Positions 57,197 to 64,000 of a stretch of DNA of 64,000 nt are shown here, in pieces (within the stretch, counting starts at the first letter, position 1; the number at the start of each line of letters is the position of its first letter). This DNA is from Candidatus Obscuribacteraceae bacterium. GTDB taxonomy: Bacteria; Cyanobacteriota; Vampirovibrionia; Obscuribacterales; Obscuribacteraceae. Made by a program: the position numbers and the translations under genes. The stretch is taken from assembly GCA_044226015.1 (NCBI GenBank), contig JBGAHS010000001.1, forward strand, positions 1,152,001 through 1,216,000, given 5' to 3'. The notes under the pieces were generated by a model that did not search any database, had not been told where the DNA came from, and was given only the letters and a program-made list of their open reading frames with translations.

Positions 57197-58987
57197 GTGG
57201 AAAGCGGAAGGTGTATGAAAACGCAAGAGACGATTAGTCTCAACATCGGAGCCACAATTCTCGCTGGCTTGCTCAGTTCGCTTTGTATCCTGTTCATGAG
57301 CCCTGGAGCGCCTCTTTTACTATTGGCAAGTCCCTTCGCATTTTCAGTTTTGGCTGCCTTCTTTCAATATCGATTTGTAATGAAACCCTGGCACAAAACC
57401 CTTGGCGACTTGCTAAGCAAGGCGCTCAATTTGCAAGAGTCGGCTTCTGCTAATCCAGGAACGCCACCACCTTCGGTGGCTGCGATTGAGTCCAAGTCTA
57501 AGGTGGGAATTACAAGCTCGCAAAATCAACTTGGGCTATTACGGGAGTCCATCGAGATTGCAACCGAGCGGTTCAAAGAAAATAGACTTCGAGAGAATGC
57601 TCTTATTCAGCACGCTGTCGATGTGATTTGTGTGATTGATTTGAATGCGAAGTTGCTTTCGGTAAATCCTGCTTCAACCTCTGTGTGGGGCTACCGACCG
57701 GAAGAACTCATCGGAAAGCAAATTACGGATTTCTTGGTAAGCGATGATGTGAAGAACACCATGAAAGCTCTTTTAGGAGCAGAAAAAAGCATCGACAAAC
57801 TTTATTTCGAAAATCGTTTTCGCAAAAAGACTGGTGAAGTAGTCGACTTGCTGTGGTCTGCTCATTTGTCGGCTACTGATCGCGGGCTATTTTGTATTGC
57901 TCATGATATTACAGAGCGCAAGCGTGCTGAACAAATGTTGAGAGAGAGTGAACAGCGTGTTAGAGGCATTCTTGAAAGTTTGCCAGCTGGTGTTGCTGTA
58001 ATCGTAGACAACGGCAAAATTGAATTTATGAATCAAACAGCGCTCGATTTAAGTGGCTATGCAACTGCAGACTCCGCGAAAATCAATGCCAAGGATTTGA
58101 TCAGTCTTCCAAGTGGTGAGTTATTTAGCCCTGAAAAAAGTTTGCAGAGCCCGGAGGCAAGCTTCGACTGCATTGTCACAAAAGTGACTGGCGAACGATT
58201 TCCTGCAGAAGCCTCTGTTCGTCAACTTTCCTGGGGAAAAGGTAAAGCTTGTTTGTTGATATTTTTAGATGCCACTTTAAAGCACGAGGTTGAGCAAGCG
58301 AAACGAGAATTTGTCGCCATGGTTAGCCATGATCTTAGGACGCCATTGACTGCGATATCACTTATCTTCTCTTATCTGCTAGATGGGCTTGCAGGAGAAC
58401 TCACGGAAGATGGCGTTGATTTCGCTAAGAGAGGACAAAATTCTTGCGAGCGTTTGATGAATCTGGTGCAGGACCTTCTCGATTTAGAAAAAATGCGCGC
58501 AGGGAAATTTGTTATGGATCGAGTCGAAACTTCCATAAAAGAAGTTGTCGACGCTTCGTTTGAAACTGTAAAGCCCTATGCGGATGCCCAGGGGATAGCT
58601 CTTTCGCAGAACGTTCCTGATCTGAAGTGCCTTTGTGATGGTGGACGAATAATTCAAGTGCTTGTGAATCTACTGAGTAACGCTGTGAAATTTTCGACAT
58701 CTGGCGGAACCGTTCACCTCGGTGTAAAAGAAGACGCTGAACGAATTGTTGTGCAGGTGAGCAACCGTGGTAGGACAATTTCAGCGGAGAAGTTGAACAG
58801 TATATTTGAGAAGTTTGAGCAAGCTGATGCACGCGGCGCTGTTGAGCGAAAGGGTACTGGTCTAGGTCTTACCATATCTAAAACGATCATCGAGCAGCAC
58901 AATGGAAAAATATGGGTCGAGAGTTCTGACGATCTTGGCACGACCTTTTCGTTTACGCTGCCGCCATTCGAAGGCGACGAGAGCTGA
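57197..58987 (+). CDS. Membrane PAS-PAS sensor histidine kinase
   Basis: Two TMs, PAS (DITERK), SHDLRTPL, NLLSNAVKF, GTGLGL. Confidence 0.93.
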   Translation: MESGRCMKTQETISLNIGATILAGLLSSLCILFMSPGAPLLLLASPFAFSVLAAFFQYRFVMKPWHKTLGDLLSKALNLQESASANPGTPPPSVAAIESKSKVGITSSQNQLGLLRESIEIATERFKENRLRENALIQHAVDVICVIDLNAKLLSVNPASTSVWGYRPEELIGKQITDFLVSDDVKNTMKALLGAEKSIDKLYFENRFRKKTGEVVDLLWSAHLSATDRGLFCIAHDITERKRAEQMLRESEQRVRGILESLPAGVAVIVDNGKIEFMNQTALDLSGYATADSAKINAKDLISLPSGELFSPEKSLQSPEASFDCIVTKVTGERFPAEASVRQLSWGKGKACLLIFLDATLKHEVEQAKREFVAMVSHDLRTPLTAISLIFSYLLDGLAGELTEDGVDFAKRGQNSCERLMNLVQDLLDLEKMRAGKFVMDRVETSIKEVVDASFETVKPYADAQGIALSQNVPDLKCLCDGGRIIQVLVNLLSNAVKFSTSGGTVHLGVKEDAERIVVQVSNRGRTISAEKLNSIFEKFEQADARGAVERKGTGLGLTISKTIIEQHNGKIWVESSDDLGTTFSFTLPPFEGDES

Positions 58988-58997
58988 AAAGTTAGTA

Positions 58998-59209
58998 TCA
59001 CTAGAATCCTGCTGGCTCGGAGATCACTAGTAGGCTTCGGAGGTCACCAGTATCCTGCTGGCTCGGTGATCACCAGTAGGCTTCGGAGGTCACCAGTATC
59101 CTGCTGGCTCGGTGATCACTAGTAGGCTTCGGAGGTCACCAGTATCCTGTTGGCTCGGTGATCACTAGTAGGCTTCGGAGGTCACCAGTATCCTGTTGGC
59201 TTCGGAGAT
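58998..59209. repeat. Intergenic 46-bp tandem repeat (4 full copies plus partial flanks)
   Basis: Units start at 59006, 59052, 59098, 59144, partial at 59190; consensus ATCCTGYTGGCTCGGTGATCACYAGTAGGCTTCGGAGGTCACCAGT. Confidence 0.95.
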
Positions 59210-59273
59210 GGCTTCTATCATGCTAGCTTCAAAGATAGCTGTTATCCTCGCTGGAAGAATGGGGAACGAAGCC

Positions 59274-60965
59274 CTATTTACTCACTGGAACAGCAAAGCT
59301 AAATTCAGCATTCTTGGCGTCGGTTGAGTGAAGTGTCTCTCTTCTATTTTTCAATACACTAATTTCGACTCTGCTTGCTTTGTTTAGGTCGGTACTGATA
59401 AGAACTTCTTCGCTCCAGTGAGTATTCGCTTTTACCCGCTGGTTAAGACCATCTTGCTTGTATGTTATTGAACCGAGTGGCTCGTTGCTCTGGCTAAATA
59501 CAACAGCCTTTACCGAGAAGTTTACTGGTTCAGATTTTGTAGATTCCCAAACAGTTGTGAGCTGAAGTTTGTCACCTACCTTGCGAGCCTCTGCTGCATT
59601 GCAAATTAGGTAGGGAGCCAGCCCAATATTCTTTACTGTTGCATTCGCGCTCAATTTCTCTGCCTCAGTAATGGATATTTTGTGAATGCCAGGCAATGTG
59701 AAATAAATCAACGATATGAAAGCTATAAGCTCTGCTCCCATTATCAGAGCAAATTTCTTTGAATATGGTTTCTTCGGTTTGCTGCTCGCTTTTCTGCCAA
59801 TCTTCAATAGCAAACTTCGAAGTGGTTTCTCGAAGAGTTCAAACATAATATGCGATGCCATTAGCAGCGCAATTACGAAAACGGTGCATGCTGCAACTGA
59901 GTCTTGCTGCGGAAAGTTGATCGCAAGATAGGTAAGGAATACGCCATGCAGCATGTAAATTGGGAAGCTAAGGTCTCCTAATAGAACTGCTGCTGGATGA
60001 TTCAATATGCGAGAGAAGATGCCACGATCCATCGCAAATACCGTTACGAGAAAGGCAAACCCTAGAAGAGATGGTCCGCTGTTTTGCAGCCAGTATGCAC
60101 CCGCTGGACCCAACCACGGTTCCAGCAAATAGCGGAGTGGATTTGAAAACATATAGATCAAGCAGACAAGGCTCAGAGCTGTAGCTTCCAGGGCGCTTGC
60201 TAACGGAACGGACAAGTTCAGCTTACAAAATCTGTCGCGCCAGAGCCTTGCGGTGAGCATACCCACACAGAAATCGAAGACGCGAGAGAATGGATGAATA
60301 TACGTGATGCCTTGATTTGATAATTCTGTAGCGGAGAACTCTGGTAGATGTGCACAATTTCCGTAGGTGACCAGCGCCGCGACAATGCAGCCTGTAACTA
60401 GTAGTGGAAGATACCAGCGTTTTTTCAGACCTAAGAGGAGTACTGGGAAAACTATGTAGAAAAAGAACTCGCAAGAAATGCTCCAGGAGGACGCATTGTA
60501 AGAGAAGAATTCACGCCATGAAGGAACCCACGCTTGAACAAGGAAAAAATTCTCCAGGAATCTTGGCCAGTCGCCAGCCCTGACTTTGAATACTTCAGGA
60601 ATTAGACCAACTAAAAGCAATAGGCTTAAAACATGTGCTGGCCATATGCGAGCGACTCTTGCCTGAAAGAAAGTTTTCAGTTCTTCCCGTTGGTATTTGA
60701 GGTCATAGTAAACGTGAGTGAGGATGAATCCAGACAGTACAAAGAAGAATGTAACTGCTTGCCCAAATGTACTTGCTTCGCTTACGCCACGCCAACACGT
60801 GAAAGACTCTCTGCCGTGTGCCAGAATAACTACGATAGCCGCTAGGAAACGAAGCGAGGTAAGTGGTTTGATATCTGGTCTTATCGCCGACGCAGCTTTT
60901 GTTGGCGCCACCGTGGGTGGTGTCAGCGCGTTCTGATTCTCTAGGGTGACTGCAGTGTCTGACAT
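59274..60965 (-). CDS. Acyltransferase-3 (OafA-like) membrane O-acyltransferase with C-terminal extracytoplasmic domain
   Basis: LTSLRFLAA..V..H, FFFVLSGFIL, ARVARIWP, SWSISCEFFFY, LGDLSFPIYMLH, EKP. Confidence 0.9.
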   Translation of the reverse strand: MSDTAVTLENQNALTPPTVAPTKAASAIRPDIKPLTSLRFLAAIVVILAHGRESFTCWRGVSEASTFGQAVTFFFVLSGFILTHVYYDLKYQREELKTFFQARVARIWPAHVLSLLLLVGLIPEVFKVRAGDWPRFLENFFLVQAWVPSWREFFSYNASSWSISCEFFFYIVFPVLLLGLKKRWYLPLLVTGCIVAALVTYGNCAHLPEFSATELSNQGITYIHPFSRVFDFCVGMLTARLWRDRFCKLNLSVPLASALEATALSLVCLIYMFSNPLRYLLEPWLGPAGAYWLQNSGPSLLGFAFLVTVFAMDRGIFSRILNHPAAVLLGDLSFPIYMLHGVFLTYLAINFPQQDSVAACTVFVIALLMASHIMFELFEKPLRSLLLKIGRKASSKPKKPYSKKFALIMGAELIAFISLIYFTLPGIHKISITEAEKLSANATVKNIGLAPYLICNAAEARKVGDKLQLTTVWESTKSEPVNFSVKAVVFSQSNEPLGSITYKQDGLNQRVKANTHWSEEVLISTDLNKASRVEISVLKNRRETLHSTDAKNAEFSFAVPVSK

Positions 60966-61517
60966 TTGTCCTTAAACTTGATCTGCGATGGCTCTCTCAA
61001 AGAGGTTTCGAGGCTGTCATTATATAGGTTGGCTGGCATGTAAGTATGAGGTAGCTTTCAATTGACATGTGTCTAATGCTGGGACCAGCCTGAATTCAGC
61101 CCTCTCTAAGCAAAGCTGGATACAGAAAAAATACCAAAATGCAAAACTTTCCATAGAGCCACTGTTTGTAAAAGCTTCTTCCTCAGTCTGCACGGTGCGT
61201 TTCGGCTGCCGGTCCTCACTGAGTTTCCGCGGACAGCATTCGAATGAATCTTAGTATTGGCTAAGAATGCCCGTTTCTGTGAAATTTTTAGTCTCTCTCG
61301 AAATCTATATCTAGTGGGCTGTTGCAAGTGAGAGTAAATGTCAAGAAAGCCTATCGGCAGATATTTTAGTGGACCATTGTTAATAGCCCTGTATCATTTT
61401 GTATATGAATAGTTGGGCTGCTGACTCATTGACAGCAGCAAAAATCATCAGCAAGAACGATGTTTTTTCGAAGGAAACGAACTACTGTTCATAAGTAATG
61501 GGTTATCTGGAGGATTT

Positions 61518-61622
61518 ATGGATCTCATAAGCGGCTTAGCCGTTGTTATCGTTGCTACATTCGTCGGCACCTGGGTCAACGACCATGTGTACAAGGGCGA
61601 TTACATTTCAGACGAGTCCTGA
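61518..61622 (+). CDS. Small 34-aa single-TM protein (not in ORF track)
   Basis: GGAGG RBS at 61509..61513; MDLISGLAVVIVATFVGTWVNDHVYKGDYISDES*. Confidence 0.6.
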   Translation: MDLISGLAVVIVATFVGTWVNDHVYKGDYISDES

Positions 61623-61721
61623 GTTCCATAAGAATCCAACATTAGTTTAGTCAGAGTACAGTTGTACGTTCTGCGAGTCTTTACCTTATAATTCATTTGT
61701 TGATTTGAGGAGCGTCTCGCC

Positions 61722-62801
61722 ATGGCTGAGTCGAATGTTCACGCCGTTACAAGCAGCGTAAGACCCATCTTTCTAGATGGCGAAAAGCTGTTTTTGCTTG
61801 ATCAGCGCAAAATACCTGAATGCGTAGAGTATTTTGAAGCCAGTGCGCTCGATGATATGTATTTCGCTATTAAAGACATGGTCGTCCGTGGCGCCCCTGC
61901 AATTGGAGTTGCAGCAGCTTTGTGTTTAGCCCTGGAAGGCAAAAAGCTGAGCGAACGATCTTCTGACTTCGCTGCTTTCGTTAGCGACTTATCTCGTATA
62001 AAGGACAAGCTGCAAGCGGCTCGCCCGACCGCTGTAAACTTGAGATGGGCTACTGAATTTGTGTTTGAACTGGCAGAAAACAACTCTCAGATGCCACTGG
62101 CTGAGTTGGGCTCATTCTTGGTTGAATCTGCGCATGCGCTAATTGAGAAGGACATCTTGATCAATAAGGCTATAGGCGAGTATGGCGCACGACTGTTAAA
62201 GCCGGAGAGTGCGGTCTTGACTCACTGCAATGCTGGGGCTCTGGCAACCTGCGGTTGGGGCACCGCACTTGGTGTCATACGTTCAGCTGTGGGCAATGGC
62301 AAGAATATAAAAGTTTTTGTTGATGAGACGCGCCCGCGCCAGCAAGGTGCGCGGCTCACAGTTTGGGAATTGTTACGAGATGGCATAACCCCAACATTGA
62401 TAACGGACAACATGGCTGGGTATGTTATGTCCAAAGGAAAGATTGATGCAGTCATTGTTGGCGCTGATAGAATAGCCGCCAATGGAGACGCTGCAAATAA
62501 AATTGGTACCTATTCGGTTGCTGTTTTAGCTCAGGCTCACGGCATTCCGTTCTATGTTGCGGCGCCAATTTCGACAATTGATGCTCAAACTGAGTCGGGT
62601 GAACAGATTCCTATTGAAGAGCGTGACTCGGATGAGGTTCTTTGTATTCAGGGGCAGCCGGTTGCAGCAAATGGTGCCGATGTGTTTAATCCTGCCTTCG
62701 ATGTTACCCCAGCCAGGTTGATTAGTGGGATAATTACCGAAAGGGGAGTTTTGTACGCTCCTTTTGAACAGTCAATTCGTCGTGCACTTCAGGACTCATA
62801 A
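61722..62801 (+). CDS. mtnA: S-methyl-5-thioribose-1-phosphate isomerase
   Basis: LLDQR, MVVRGAPAIG, ARPTAVNL, LTHCNAG, DETRP, GADRI, NKIGTY, NPAFDVTP. Confidence 0.95.
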   Translation: MAESNVHAVTSSVRPIFLDGEKLFLLDQRKIPECVEYFEASALDDMYFAIKDMVVRGAPAIGVAAALCLALEGKKLSERSSDFAAFVSDLSRIKDKLQAARPTAVNLRWATEFVFELAENNSQMPLAELGSFLVESAHALIEKDILINKAIGEYGARLLKPESAVLTHCNAGALATCGWGTALGVIRSAVGNGKNIKVFVDETRPRQQGARLTVWELLRDGITPTLITDNMAGYVMSKGKIDAVIVGADRIAANGDAANKIGTYSVAVLAQAHGIPFYVAAPISTIDAQTESGEQIPIEERDSDEVLCIQGQPVAANGADVFNPAFDVTPARLISGIITERGVLYAPFEQSIRRALQDS

Positions 62802-62813
62802 TCAGGGGGAAGT

Positions 62814-63263
62814 ATGTCCGAACTTCAAGATAACGCTGCTCACTCCGCAGTGGATGACTGGCTTCACGCCTATATTGAGGAGATTACTGGTCACGCTGTG
62901 ACCGAGAAATCATATGCTGGCAACATTCATAGAGATGCAATGGAAGCAGTCAATTCCAATGAATTGCATGAAGTGTTGATTGCACGGTTTGACGAGTTGG
63001 ATTTGGCTCCCAAAGATGGCATTGTGTCTTACCACGAAGTGAAGAAAGCCCTTGCTAACCCGCTTTTACACTGGACTCAAAAAGATATTCAGATGATCAA
63101 GCTCTTGCAAAAGTACTATTTGATTTTGACAGAGTTGGTAGATGATGACGCTAACGAGCAAGACCGGGGAATTTCGCGGCAAGACGTTGAAGCACTAGCA
63201 AACAGCCTCTCAGAAGAATGTGAAATGCTGAAAAATCAGATGCAGTCTGAATTCTCATCATAG
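62814..63263 (+). CDS. Acidic hypothetical protein with EF-hand-like loop
   Basis: FDELDLAPKDGIVSYHEV; GISRQDV. Confidence 0.55.
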   Translation: MSELQDNAAHSAVDDWLHAYIEEITGHAVTEKSYAGNIHRDAMEAVNSNELHEVLIARFDELDLAPKDGIVSYHEVKKALANPLLHWTQKDIQMIKLLQKYYLILTELVDDDANEQDRGISRQDVEALANSLSEECEMLKNQMQSEFSS

Positions 63264-63427
63264 CAGCTTCGGACTCTCTAGTTGCTCAAATGAGGGTCGT
63301 TCGAATCGTCATTTTGTTTTGGCGTAAGAAAAAAAACGAGGACTGCAGCGCTACCCGTCGAGTTTTTGATTTTTGTGCAGAATTGTTTCTCCGCTAGCTC
63401 TATCTTGAAGAGCTAGCTTCAATTGAG

Positions 63428-64000
63428 TTAGCAGCAGCGAAGAGGAGACTCACCAGTTTCTTCGCCGGGACCTGCGTTTGTTGAACTTGGATCCGCCTTT
63501 ATGAACCAGGTTTTGATGGCGGAAAACAGAATGACCAGCACTAGTACGATGAACAGCCCGCCAATTGCTGCGTCGAGATTGTCATTGAAAATTAGTGTGT
63601 GCAGTTTCGCTAGTTCGGTCTCTGGCAGCGACTTGTCGGCTAGTTTCGCTGTGAGCGATTTTGCATGAGCCAGGAAGCCCAGCTTAGGTGAGTTTGAGAA
63701 TATCTTGAGGTAGCCACCGTATATAGTGACAGTTAGCAGCCAGCAGAGTGGAATGAGCGTTACGAATGAGTATTTCGCTTTTCCCATCTTAATAATGACG
63801 GTGGTGCCAATGCAGAGGGCTATTACCGCTAGCAATTGATTTGAAATACCGAAGAGTGGCCACAAGCTATTGATGCCACCTAGAGGATCCACAATTCCCT
63901 GATAAAGAAAATAGCCCCAGCCGGCCACAACAAGTGCAGAGCTGAGAATGATGGATGGGTACCAGCTTGATTGACCCAATGGCTTCCAGAGAATTCCAAG
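63428..64000 (-). CDS. cstA: Carbon starvation protein A (peptide transporter), 3' part; start lies beyond the window
   Basis: [43 protein letters not shown]. Confidence 0.9.
   Translation of the reverse strand, partial: LGILWKPLGQSSWYPSIILSSALVVAGWGYFLYQGIVDPLGGINSLWPLFGISNQLLAVIALCIGTTVIIKMGKAKYSFVTLIPLCWLLTVTIYGGYLKIFSNSPKLGFLAHAKSLTAKLADKSLPETELAKLHTLIFNDNLDAAIGGLFIVLVLVILFSAIKTWFIKADPSSTNAGPGEETGESPLRCC

Noticed and set aside
58998..59209. Possible CRISPR array
   Set aside because: Units are contiguous near-identical copies with no unique spacers, and there are no cas genes in the window.
357..62801. Class II aldolase and mtnA as one salvage operon split by the prophage
   Set aside because: Even without the prophage they are about 19 kb apart, on opposite strands, with unrelated genes between; a functional link is possible but not supported by position.

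Overview
Bacterial chromosomal window. The gene style (Hanks kinase, PAS histidine kinase, CCA-less tRNA) suggests a non-photosynthetic cyanobacterial relative such as Melainabacteria/Obscuribacterales; this is inference only. The main feature is an apparently intact ~41.3 kb temperate podovirus-like prophage (3627..44913). It is integrated in the 3' end of tRNA-Pro(TGG) and bounded by an exact 27-bp direct repeat. Its left arm (+ strand, ~3.7-18.3 kb) carries an HTH regulator, a putative annealing/recombination protein, a long acidic multidomain protein ending in a Gam/Gp157-like region, a two-gene module (small His-motif protein plus a DUF6745-like protein with 33 x 12-bp coding repeats), SSB, RusA, primase-helicase, an RHH regulator plus adenine methyltransferase behind a triple palindrome, and many small ORFs. 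The right arm (- strand, ~18.4-42 kb) is a T7/BPP-1-type virion module running from terminase to endolysin, with two paralogous tail fibres and signal-peptide-bearing ORFs. It is followed by an ~800-bp motif-rich non-coding region, a serine recombinase and a tyrosine integrase. Host flanks encode a histidine phosphatase, class II aldolase, SH3b protein, pseudouridine synthase, a degenerate helicase-PLD fusion, repeat proteins, NADAR, rhomboid, glycosyltransferase, Ser/Thr kinase, histidine kinase, acyltransferase, MtnA and CstA, plus a 46-bp intergenic tandem repeat. All product calls come from motif recognition by eye; no database searches were run.
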